This document shows, one piece after another, positions 50,468 through 57,787 of a stretch of DNA of 64,000 bases. Position 1 is the first letter of the stretch, and every line of letters starts with the position of its first letter. The position numbers and the translations under genes are program-made. The notes under the pieces were generated by a model. The model was not told the DNA's origin and did not search any database. It saw nothing but the letters and a program-made list of their open reading frames with translations. The DNA comes from a virus (taxonomy: Duplodnaviria; Caudoviricetes), in the IMG/VR virus record IMGVR_UViG_3300020048_000009, positions 32,001 through 96,000 of that record; one strand, given 5' to 3'.

Positions 50468-50809
50468 ATGAGTATTAAGAAACCGAAATTAACTATTATG
50501 CGTACACCAAAAGCGGGTAAAGTATTACCCAAAATTGGGGAGTTCTTTACTGTTAAGAATTTTGAAAATCCGGATAACAATGGATTAGTATTAATTAGAA
50601 TCGATCCTTGTTATATATCTCCAGCAATTGTTGAAGCTGGATGTAGTTGGAATAATTGTGGTGCTCATGAAATTGTTTTTGGTATTCCGCTTGGAGAAGC
50701 ATTTAATAGTGCTCAAACTAAAATCAATGGCGCATGTACATGTCCTATTAAAACTATGGATTTTATAGTTTTGGATATTGAAGAAATTAAAGCAAAAATT
50801 AAAAGTTAA
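50468..50809 (+). CDS. hypothetical protein
   Basis: ORF in operon. Confidence 0.6.
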   Translation: MSIKKPKLTIMRTPKAGKVLPKIGEFFTVKNFENPDNNGLVLIRIDPCYISPAIVEAGCSWNNCGAHEIVFGIPLGEAFNSAQTKINGACTCPIKTMDFIVLDIEEIKAKIKS

Positions 50810-50856
50810 GGTGTATATTGTAGCGAGTATCAAGTATAATTAAAGTATAAATTTTG

Positions 50857-50965
50857 ATTCCATCAGGGGAATGAAAAGTGGTTTAAGCCTGATGCGTCTC
50901 GACGGTTTGCTGAATATTGTTAGGGTCCTTTCTTCCTAATAATGTTTATACTGTCGAGGGTACCG
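50857..50965 (+). ncRNA. pistol ribozyme
   Basis: P1 ATTCC/GGAAT, loop ATCAGG pairs CCTGAT, A-rich linker, P2 TGGT/ACCG, UUAAG, GCGU, P3 CTCGACGGT/ACTGTCGAG, GG^U. Confidence 0.85.
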
Positions 50966-51205
50966 ATAGGTTACGGAAAATTATTTTCAAAAATATTTCA
51001 TTTTTATTTTTGGAAATGATAAATAAAATAAAATTAAGGATAAAGCAAATGTTTACGAACACATATAGAGGCAATGATAAAGGCAATACAGAACTATGTA
51101 TTACTAATGCCGGGGCTTTATCCAATCTTACAGCAGTAAATTTCCCAGAACGAATAAAGCCCGTAACCCAAGTTTAATTTAAACGGTAAAATGTTTTGGG
51201 TTACT

Positions 51206-51284
51206 ACTAGGAGAGGTTAAGCCTAGTGCGTTCTATAAAATTTACTGTGTCTAATGCTAAACACGAAATTTTGTAGAGGTCCTC
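51206..51284 (+). ncRNA. pistol-like ribozyme lacking canonical P1
   Basis: ACTAGG/CCTAGT, P2 GAGG/CCTC, UUAAG, GCGU, 12-bp P3, GG^U. Confidence 0.65.
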
Positions 51285-51393
51285 AAAAGAAATGAGCAAT
51301 TATTTCTTTAGATTTGATCTGTGACAATTGAATAGAAAACTTTAAATTATTTTTTGGTGGTTTTTATAACTCAAAAAACTACCCAACTTTTAT

Positions 51394-51470
51394 GAGCTCG
51401 TAGAGGAAATGGTTAACTCATGTGGTTTTCATCCACAAGATTGCCGGTTCGAATCCGGTCGGGCTTACCA
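51394..51470 (+). tRNA. tRNA-Glu(TTC)
   Basis: cloverleaf, loop TTTTCAT, CCA. Confidence 0.9.
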
Positions 51471-51561
51471 TATAAGCATGACGACTAGACTAGCAATGCT
51501 TTCAGCTTATAGCTAAACTAGTGACACGGCGGAGAGCACGTCGGACAATTTTATAATTTAT

Positions 51562-51647
51562 GGATAGGTGCTCCTGAATGGTAAGGGGACGGTCTTGAAA
51601 ACCGTAGGCTAACCCCACTGCACGTTCGATTCGTGTCCTATCCTCCA
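51562..51647 (+). tRNA. tRNA-Ser(TGA)
   Basis: loop CTTGAAA, long V-arm, CCA. Confidence 0.88.
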
Positions 51648-51694
51648 ATTTGTGGCGCGTCACGGTGTGTGTATAAGTCGCTTCGATTTATTAT

Positions 51695-51772
51695 GGGGCC
51701 ATAACTCAGTCCGGCTAGAGTGTCTCCCTTGCACGGAGAAAGTCGGGGGTTCAAATCCCTCTGGCTCCACCA
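51695..51772 (+). tRNA. tRNA-Ala(TGC)
   Basis: G3-U70, loop CTTGCAC. Confidence 0.92.
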
Positions 51773-51876
51773 ATTTGGCTGCATTCCGGATGCAGTCGGA
51801 TCAATTCACCTGATGTACTAGAGCGAGTCAGGAATTATGAAACAGTAAAATTCTGTATCGGTCTGCCAATTTATGT

Positions 51877-51952
51877 AGAACGTTCGCGTAGTGGTTAGCG
51901 CACTAGACTGTCGATCTGGATTTCACGGGTTCGATTCCCGTACGTTCTGCCA
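51877..51952 (+). tRNA. tRNA-Asp(GTC)
   Basis: loop CTGTCGA, G73. Confidence 0.9.
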
Positions 51953-51962
51953 TTTTAATTTA

Positions 51963-52039
51963 CGGAGTGTGGAGGCAATTGGCTGCCCACGTGCCTTGGA
52001 CGCATGGTTATGTCGGATCGTTCCCGACCACTCCGACCA
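51963..52039 (+). tRNA. tRNA-Pro(TGG)
   Basis: loop CTTGGAC; atypical T-loop. Confidence 0.85.
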
Positions 52040-52052
52040 ATTTTTCTAGAAA

Positions 52053-52127
52053 GCCAACTTGACTGAATGGTTAAGTACCTCATTTGTAATGAGACCCATA
52101 ACGGTTCGATCCCGTTAGTTGGCTCCA
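52053..52127 (+). tRNA. tRNA-Thr(TGT)
   Basis: loop TTTGTAA. Confidence 0.88.
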
Positions 52128-52220
52128 TATTTTATATACGAAAGTAATATATTCTAAAACCGGTACTTTCTTTTCAAATATGTATACCGGCTTTAATAAA
52201 TAAAATTAAAGGAATATATT

Positions 52221-52946
52221 ATGAATACAGTAATTTGTCCAATATGTGGAAAAGAATACAAACAATTAATAGCACAACATATTTTTAAACACGGTTTGAC
52301 TATTGAAGAATTTAAACTTAAATTTCCAGATTTTTATTTAGGTAGTCCGGGTATTGAAAGTACTAGAAAAGAAAAAATGGTACTTCAATATGAAAAAGAT
52401 AATATACGATGTAAACATTGTAATAAATTAATAACATCACCAAATAGAAAACATAGAATCTTTTGTAGTACTTTATGTAAAGCTACTTATTATTCTTTTA
52501 ACAAAGAGCTTGTTCAAACAAAAGGAAAACATTTTAAAAAAATCTGTTGTGCATGTAATAAAGAATATAAAGCCTTTAGAGATAATTCTAAATTTTGTTC
52601 TAATAAATGTCAACAAGAATATATTAATGTTCAAAAAATTAAAGAATGGAAAGACGCCACAGAACAGGGAAAACCTTTTCCCTATAGAAAATGGATAAGA
52701 CATTATCTTTTTAAAAAATATGATAACAAATGCTGTAAATGTGGGTGGAGTAAGATTAATCCTTTTACAGGAAATGTTCCTTTAGAACTTGAACATATTG
52801 ATGGTAATTCAAATAACAATAAAGAAGAAAATTTAGAATTGTTATGTCCCTGTTGTCATGCCTTAACTTCCACATATAAGGGTGCAAATAGAGGTAATGG
52901 AAGATTCTCTAGAAGACAAAGATACCAAGAAGGTAAATCTTATTAA
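52221..52946 (+). CDS. HNH homing endonuclease with Cys-rich N-terminus
   Basis: CCKCGW...LELEHIDGN..NN..ENL.LLCPCCH. Confidence 0.9.
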   Translation: MNTVICPICGKEYKQLIAQHIFKHGLTIEEFKLKFPDFYLGSPGIESTRKEKMVLQYEKDNIRCKHCNKLITSPNRKHRIFCSTLCKATYYSFNKELVQTKGKHFKKICCACNKEYKAFRDNSKFCSNKCQQEYINVQKIKEWKDATEQGKPFPYRKWIRHYLFKKYDNKCCKCGWSKINPFTGNVPLELEHIDGNSNNNKEENLELLCPCCHALTSTYKGANRGNGRFSRRQRYQEGKSY

Positions 52947-52957
52947 TAAAATTTAAT

Positions 52958-53031
52958 GCGTCTGTAGCTCAATGGTCGAGCCCGTCCTTGCCAAGGATGT
53001 TATACGAGTTCAATTCTCGTCAGATGCTCCA
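52958..53031 (+). tRNA. tRNA-Gly(GCC)
   Basis: loop TTGCCAA. Confidence 0.88.
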
Positions 53032-53041
53032 ATTTAAAATG

Positions 53042-53113
53042 TTTAATATGAGCTAATGGTAAGCTTCCAGGTTTAAAGACCCAGAGTATATAGGTTCAAC
53101 TCCTATTATTAGA
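53042..53113 (+). pseudogene. degenerate tRNA-like sequence
   Basis: D- and T-arm present, broken anticodon arm, no CCA. Confidence 0.45.
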
Positions 53114-53120
53114 TATTTAT

Positions 53121-53194
53121 GCGTTTGTAACTCAATTGGCAGAGTGCTGGGCTTCCAACCCGGATATACGGGATCATACCCCGTCAGATGCTCC
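53121..53194 (+). tRNA. tRNA-Gly(TCC)
   Basis: loop CTTCCAA. Confidence 0.88.
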
Positions 53195-53200
53195 ATTTAA

Positions 53201-53275
53201 AGCGATGTTAGCAAAATGGTTATGCGGCGGTCTGCAAAACCGCTTACATGTGTTCAATTCACATACATTGCTCCA
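53201..53275 (+). tRNA. tRNA-Cys(GCA)
   Basis: loop CTGCAAA, U73. Confidence 0.9.
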
Positions 53276-53285
53276 TTTTATTTAT

Positions 53286-53361
53286 GCTCTCTTATTTCAG
53301 TGGCTAGAATGCTTCCTTTACACGGAAGAGGTCAGGAGTTCGAATCTCTTAGGGAGTACCA
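53286..53361 (+). tRNA. tRNA-Val(TAC)
   Basis: loop TTTACAC. Confidence 0.9.
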
Positions 53362-53367
53362 TTTTTT

Positions 53368-53444
53368 CGAAGTATAACTCAGTTGGTTAGAGTACCTGTC
53401 TGATACACAGAATGTCGGTGGTTCGAATCCATCTACTTCGACCA
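53368..53444 (+). tRNA. tRNA-Ile(GAT)
   Basis: loop CTGATAC. Confidence 0.9.
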
Positions 53445-53451
53445 TTTTATT

Positions 53452-53535
53452 GGGACTGTGGCGTAATGGCAGACGCGCTGGTTTTAGACACCAGTGGAGA
53501 AATCCGTGAAGGTTCAAGTCCTTTCAGTCCCACCA
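53452..53535 (+). tRNA. tRNA-Leu(TAG)
   Basis: loop TTTAGAC, long V-arm. Confidence 0.92.
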
Positions 53536-53646
53536 GTTTTGTTTCATTAAAGCATATAATATCAGTGTATAAAAGCCAATGAATATACTACTATATTAAT
53601 ATCAATTACGCAATTGATACTGTTCTTTGAATAACAATTTTTAAAT

Positions 53647-53735
53647 CGCAGGGTGGCGTAATTGGCAGCCGCAGCGGACTTAAAATCCGCTGGGTGGTAA
53701 CACCCGTGAGGGTTCGAGTCCCTCCCTTGCGACCA
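53647..53735 (+). tRNA. tRNA-Leu(TAA)
   Basis: loop CTTAAAA, long V-arm. Confidence 0.92.
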
Positions 53736-53769
53736 TTGATCCTTAGTTAGAAGATTGTGTTCTGTCAGC

Positions 53770-53869
53770 CCATCAAGATAGACGTTTGAGATCATGCCTC
53801 TTCTGGAACAAGTATATAAACTTTAAGCCTTTGAGCGGACAGGTTTATATTAAGTGAAATCCTTGATGG
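53770..53869 (+). ncRNA. three-way-junction RNA copy 2
   Basis: CCATCAAG-AT-AGACG ... GAAC ... GTGAA-AT-C-CTTGATGG. Confidence 0.6.
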
Positions 53870-53994
53870 TCGGCGGTGTATTCCAGTCTTTTGTTTTAGT
53901 ATGATATTAATGTTTTCGTTACCTGACCGTTGGACTAAGTGCACTTCGTAAGAAGGCTCCAATCAATCAGCTTCTCCATTAACCAGCAGCATAT

Positions 53995-54071
53995 AGGCGT
54001 GTAGCTCAGCTGGTTAGAGCGGGATCCTTATAAGGTCTAGGTCGCTGGTTCAACTCCAGCCACGCCTACCA
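53995..54071 (+). tRNA. tRNA-Ile(TAT)
   Basis: loop CTTATAA. Confidence 0.88.
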
Positions 54072-54088
54072 TTTTTTAGAAAGTAATT

Positions 54089-54238
54089 ATGCTTTATTAT
54101 TGGACAAGAGTTTATAATACAGGTGCTGCCCATTATTGGGAAGTAGAAAGTGAAGAAGCTTTACTTATCGCTGCAAAAGAAAAGTATGGTGAATCACTTT
54201 TTGATTATGGAATGACAACTCAAAAGAAAACAAAGTAA
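54089..54238 (+). CDS. small hypothetical protein (49 aa, not in ORF track)
   Basis: MLYYWTRVY...; fills gap between tRNAs. Confidence 0.5.
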   Translation: MLYYWTRVYNTGAAHYWEVESEEALLIAAKEKYGESLFDYGMTTQKKTK

Positions 54239-54250
54239 ACAATTTTTAAT

Positions 54251-54332
54251 GGGAATGTATCTCCCCCGCCTTCTAAGCGGACGTTAAAAGAGTAATTGGA
54301 GTATGCAGGTTCGATCCCTGTCTTTCCCGCCA
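54251..54332 (+). tRNA. atypical tRNA-Arg(TCT)-like RNA without canonical D-arm
   Basis: acceptor stem, CCGC-CTTCTAA-GCGG, T-arm, GCCA. Confidence 0.6.
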
Positions 54333-54417
54333 TTTTAGCTAAGAGTAGTAAATATTTAATTTACTTATATATTTAAGCTGCGCTTTTAATAAATAAAATT
54401 AAGGGTATAACTTAAAT

Positions 54418-54924
54418 ATGAAAAATAAATGTCATAAATGTAATGTAGATATTCCAAACAGGGTTAAAATAGATAACTGTTGGAAAACAATTAACCATAG
54501 AAAATTTTGTTTAATCTGTTCACCGTGGGGTAAACATAATACTAAAAGCGTGGATCCTTCTAAAAGAACGCTTTCAGAAAAAGAAAGACATTCCTGGAAA
54601 AATTTAACAGATAAACAAAAAACATGTCATAAAACATCACAACATAAGAGAGCCGTTAAGCGTAAGGTTGAACTTATTAATATGCGAGGTGGGAAGTGTG
54701 AAAGATGTGGTTATGATAAATGTATTGATGTATTTCATTTTCATCATATAGATCCATCGTTAAAAACCATGAACATGGGATTAAATTCTCTATGGTGTAA
54801 ATCATGGGAAAAGATTTTACAGGAATTTGAAAATTGTAAAGTATATTGTTCTAATTGCCACATGGAAGTGCATTATGAATTAAAAAATCCTGATAATAAA
54901 CAATGTACTTTAATTTCAAAATAA
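54418..54924 (+). CDS. HNH endonuclease
   Basis: GGKCERCGYDKC..VFHFHH.DP...C.VYCSNCH.E.H. Confidence 0.88.
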   Translation: MKNKCHKCNVDIPNRVKIDNCWKTINHRKFCLICSPWGKHNTKSVDPSKRTLSEKERHSWKNLTDKQKTCHKTSQHKRAVKRKVELINMRGGKCERCGYDKCIDVFHFHHIDPSLKTMNMGLNSLWCKSWEKILQEFENCKVYCSNCHMEVHYELKNPDNKQCTLISK

Positions 54925-55029
54925 TATGATTAGCCAGTGTATAAAAAGAAGAGATTATCATATTATATATCTATCAAGTATGTACTTGAGCATGTTCTTT
55001 GACAATTAATAGCAAATGATTTTTTTAAT

Positions 55030-55114
55030 GGAAGCGTGGCCGAACGGCTAGGCATCGGACTTTTAATCCGAGGGAGAAATCCTAACGCAGGTTCGACCCC
55101 TGTCGCTTCTACCA
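55030..55114 (+). tRNA. tRNA with Lys(TTT) anticodon on a long-variable-arm body
   Basis: loop CTTTTAA; V-arm GGGAGAAATCCT. Confidence 0.8.
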
Positions 55115-55132
55115 TCTTTTTAGTTTTCAAAT

Positions 55133-55206
55133 TGTCCCATAGTGTAATGGCAGCACAGCACCCTTTGACGGTGTTTGTATTGGTTCAAGTCCAGTTGGGA
55201 CAACCA
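55133..55206 (+). tRNA. tRNA-Gln(TTG)
   Basis: loop CTTTGAC. Confidence 0.9.
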
Positions 55207-55208
55207 AT

Positions 55209-55282
55209 ATTCCCATGTTGTAAAGGATGCATGCGGCGCTACGAACGCTTCGGTTGGAGTTCGAATCTCTATGGGAATACCA
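55209..55282 (+). tRNA. tRNA-Arg(ACG)
   Basis: loop CTACGAA. Confidence 0.85.
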
Positions 55283-55287
55283 TTTTA

Positions 55288-55346
55288 AAGACGCAAACAG
55301 CAATTCAAATAAAAATTCACTGTTAATGAAAAAAAAAACGCGTCTT
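55288..55346 (+). ncRNA. small pseudoknot-like RNA with an Asn-anticodon-like segment
   Basis: AAGACGC/GCGTCTT stem; ACAG/CTGT; CTGTTAA. Confidence 0.45.
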
Positions 55347-55354
55347 GTTTTTAT

Positions 55355-55429
55355 AGTAGAGTAGGCAAGTGGTAATCCGCCTCCCTGTTAAGGAGGACAG
55401 CGCTGGTTCGATCCCAGCCTCTACTGCCA
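55355..55429 (+). tRNA. tRNA-Asn(GTT)
   Basis: loop CTGTTAA, G73. Confidence 0.88.
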
Positions 55430-55433
55430 CTTT

Positions 55434-55558
55434 GGGAACAGATGGTTAGCGCCATTTGGCATATTTATTCATGTAGTATGCCTAACCCATTTATATTTTT
55501 GATAAATAAAATAGAGGTTACGCTAAGAACCTCTTTAAAATAAAGGTAAAATAATATG
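55434..55558 (+). ncRNA. kissing-loop endonuclease-leader cassette copy B
   Basis: H1 loop TTAGCG (55446-51) complementary to H3 loop CGCTAA (55521-26). Confidence 0.75.
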
Positions 55559-56236
55559 ATTAATAAATTAGATGAATCATGGAAGCAAGTAAACGGTTTA
55601 TATAAATGTCCAATATGTAGTAAAGAGTATTCTAAAAAAGGAATTTGTTCGCATATCTTTAGATCACATACAAAAGACGGTAAATATAATTCTTTTAAAG
55701 ATAATAACAGATTATATACTTCATCGTGGAATAAAGGTTTAATAAAAGAAACAGATCTTAGAATCAAGAAATCTGGTGAGAAACTTAAAGAAAGTCTTAA
55801 CTCTGGTAAAGTAATACCACCACAAACAGGAAAACCTATTGCTCCTGAAATAAAAGCTAAAATATCCAATACGATGAAGATTGCTCATAAAGAAGGAAGA
55901 GCGTGGAATATTGGAAAGTCTAGATGGAATAACAAAGCTTCATATCCAGAAGAATTCTTTATGAAGGTTATTGAAAATGAATTTGAGGATAAGAATTATA
56001 TAAGAGAATTTAATGTTGGTATTTATTCTATAGATTTTGCATGGACCGATAAAAAGTTAGCTATAGAAATAGACGGACAACAGCATAAACGATTTGAAGA
56101 ATATAAACAGAGAGATCTTCGGAAAGATGAATGTTTATTAGAGAATGGATGGAAAGTTCTAAGAATTTTATGGATTGATATGTATAAGGATCCACACAAG
56201 TGGATTAAAATTGCTAAAGATTTTATACATAATTAA
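55556..56236 (+). CDS. free-standing endonuclease (zinc finger, NUMOD3, DUF559-like)
   Basis: CPIC..H...H; K.KISNTMK; YSIDFAW..KLAIEIDG.QH...D..L..NGWKVLRI. Confidence 0.88.
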   Translation: MINKLDESWKQVNGLYKCPICSKEYSKKGICSHIFRSHTKDGKYNSFKDNNRLYTSSWNKGLIKETDLRIKKSGEKLKESLNSGKVIPPQTGKPIAPEIKAKISNTMKIAHKEGRAWNIGKSRWNNKASYPEEFFMKVIENEFEDKNYIREFNVGIYSIDFAWTDKKLAIEIDGQQHKRFEEYKQRDLRKDECLLENGWKVLRILWIDMYKDPHKWIKIAKDFIHN

Positions 56237-56249
56237 GAATTTTATTAAT

Positions 56250-56325
56250 GCGATTGTAGCTCAGTAGGCAGAGCGTCGGACTCTTAATCCGAAGCGCGTG
56301 GGATCATAGCCCTCCAGTCGTACCA
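56250..56325 (+). tRNA. tRNA-Lys(CTT)
   Basis: loop CTCTTAA. Confidence 0.85.
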
Positions 56326-56363
56326 TTTTGATGTACAAGATCAGATAGACATGAGAATTTTAT

Positions 56364-56437
56364 TGCGCGGTTGAGGAGAGGCCCCTCTGCAGGCTCATAA
56401 CCTGCCTACGCCGGTTCGAATCCGGCCTGCGCAACCA
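56364..56437 (+). tRNA. tRNA-Met/Ile2(CAT)
   Basis: loop CTCATAA. Confidence 0.85.
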
Positions 56438-56446
56438 ATTTAACAA

Positions 56447-56597
56447 CACGGCGTGAGGAAAGAACTTGTTCTATGATTCTTAATTCGATTCTAGTAAGAT
56501 AGTACTGTCTGAACGAGGATGTTATTAAGCGGAGAACAGAAATCCTACCGGAAACATGTCCGGAAATCGCAGGTATCGAATCCTGTCGCCGTAACCA
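56447..56597 (+). ncRNA. tRNA-fMet-like RNA with about 80-nt D-loop insertion
   Basis: C1:A72 acceptor, AGGA/TCCT D-stem, CCGGA-AACATG-TCCGG, T-arm, ACCA. Confidence 0.6.
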
Positions 56598-56603
56598 ATT
56601 TTA

Positions 56604-56679
56604 GGAGTTTTGTTGTAGATGGTTCGCAAAACGGTCTGAAAAACCGAAGGATAGGGTTCGATCCCCTGAAACTCCACCA
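56604..56679 (+). tRNA. tRNA-Phe(GAA)
   Basis: loop CTGAAAA. Confidence 0.88.
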
Positions 56680-56690
56680 TTTTATTTTCT

Positions 56691-56778
56691 GGTAGTTTAT
56701 TCCGTAGGTAGTCTCGGGGCGCACTGTAAATGCGCTGGCTAATACCCTAAGGTAGTGCAACTCTATCAACTACCACCA
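56691..56778 (+). tRNA. tRNA-Tyr(GTA)
   Basis: loop CTGTAAA, long V-arm. Confidence 0.82.
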
Positions 56779-56789
56779 GCTTTAAATAA

Positions 56790-56923
56790 GGACAGATGGT
56801 TAGCGCCATTTGGATGTTTTTCATATGACACGCCTAACTTATTTAATTATTTTTTCATATTTTTTGATAAATAAAATAGAGGTTACGCTAAGAACCTCTT
56901 AAAAATAAAGGTAAAATAATATG
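56790..56923 (+). ncRNA. kissing-loop endonuclease-leader cassette copy C
   Basis: TTAGCG (56800-05) / CGCTAA (56886-91). Confidence 0.75.
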
Positions 56924-57457
56924 AGTAAAAAATTAATTGATCGCATCGGTGCTGATAAAATCATTGAAGTCTGCAAATCTGCAAAAACATTTAAAGAAGC
57001 ATGTGAAAAACTTAACTGTGGTTATAGATATTTAATGACAGCAGCCGTTGAATTAAATGTTTTCGATGAGTTAAAGTCTAGATCTAAAGAATTTGCACAT
57101 AAATTTAAAAAGGCTGATGGTTCAAGATTATGGTTGATTAAAACTAATACGGGACAAGGCTTTACATCATACAGAACTGATACTAAAATTTGGTGTGAAG
57201 AACTTTTTAAAGGAAATCATACATCAACCGCTGTTAGAATTAAAACACATTTAATTAATGCTGGGTATAAAGAAGATCATTGTGAATGCTGTGGTATTAA
57301 TGAATGGAACAATAAGCCAATAAGTTTACAATTACATCATATAGATGGAAATTCTAGAAACAATCAGTTAGATAATTTAAAAATTCTTTGTCCTAATTGT
57401 CACGTTCAAACAGATAATTATGGTTCTAAGAATGCTCGAAATAAAGAGCGCGAGTAA
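56921..57457 (+). CDS. HNH endonuclease with N-terminal HTH-like region
   Basis: CECCGI.EWN.KPI.LQLHHIDGN..NN.LDNL.ILCPNCH. Confidence 0.92.
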   Translation: MSKKLIDRIGADKIIEVCKSAKTFKEACEKLNCGYRYLMTAAVELNVFDELKSRSKEFAHKFKKADGSRLWLIKTNTGQGFTSYRTDTKIWCEELFKGNHTSTAVRIKTHLINAGYKEDHCECCGINEWNNKPISLQLHHIDGNSRNNQLDNLKILCPNCHVQTDNYGSKNARNKERE

Positions 57458-57473
57458 AGATTCCACCATTTTA

Positions 57474-57545
57474 GGGCAGCATGAAGGTACAAGCTCTACC
57501 TATAACTTAGGTACCTGGTGAGTTCAATTCTCATCCTGTCCACCA
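57474..57545 (+). pseudogene. tRNA-like, anticodon unassignable
   Basis: acceptor, T-arm and CCA present; D-arm reduced. Confidence 0.45.
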
Positions 57546-57551
57546 TTTTAT

Positions 57552-57628
57552 GTAGCAGTAATTCAAGAGATAGAAATGCTGGGGTAATTCCTGGCGTGTT
57601 GTTGGTAAAAATCCAGCCTGCTACACCA
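57552..57628 (+). pseudogene. tRNA-like with 6-nt anticodon loop
   Basis: GTAGCAG/CTGCTAC acceptor, ACCA; loop GTAATT. Confidence 0.5.
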
Positions 57629-57694
57629 CTTTCAGTTGTAATTCAAGCCATGTCCGATAGGGTACTTCTATATGAGCGCGCCCTATTTGTAAAG

Positions 57695-57787
57695 AATGAG
57701 ATAGACGAGAGTCGGCCGTAAGAGAATCCTCTGCAGGGGTTCAAAGACTAAAGACTCAGGAGGAACGTGTTACGTGAAATCCTCATT
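57695..57787 (+). ncRNA. three-way-junction RNA copy 3
   Basis: AATGAG-AT-AGACG ... GAAC ... GTGAA-AT-C-CTCATT. Confidence 0.6.

Noticed and set aside
50860-50910. tmRNA 5' end (GGGGAATGAAA...CTCGACGG)
   Set aside because: No matching tRNA-like 3' end with G3-U70 and no tag ORF. The sequence fits a pistol ribozyme.
51471-51545. Theta (HDV-like) or twister ribozyme after tRNA-Glu
   Set aside because: A CTAA is present, but there is no room for P3/L3 or P1.1, and the twister pseudoknots could not be built.
56500-56550. Hammerhead core (CTGAACGA...GAAA); also CTGATGT near 51815 and CTGAGCC near 57964
   Set aside because: The cores deviate from CUGANGA and lack stem III with the UH triplet.
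57456-57468. tRNA 3'-end remnant (GATTCCACCA) as an integration scar
   Set aside because: Too short to separate from chance, and no integrase in the window.
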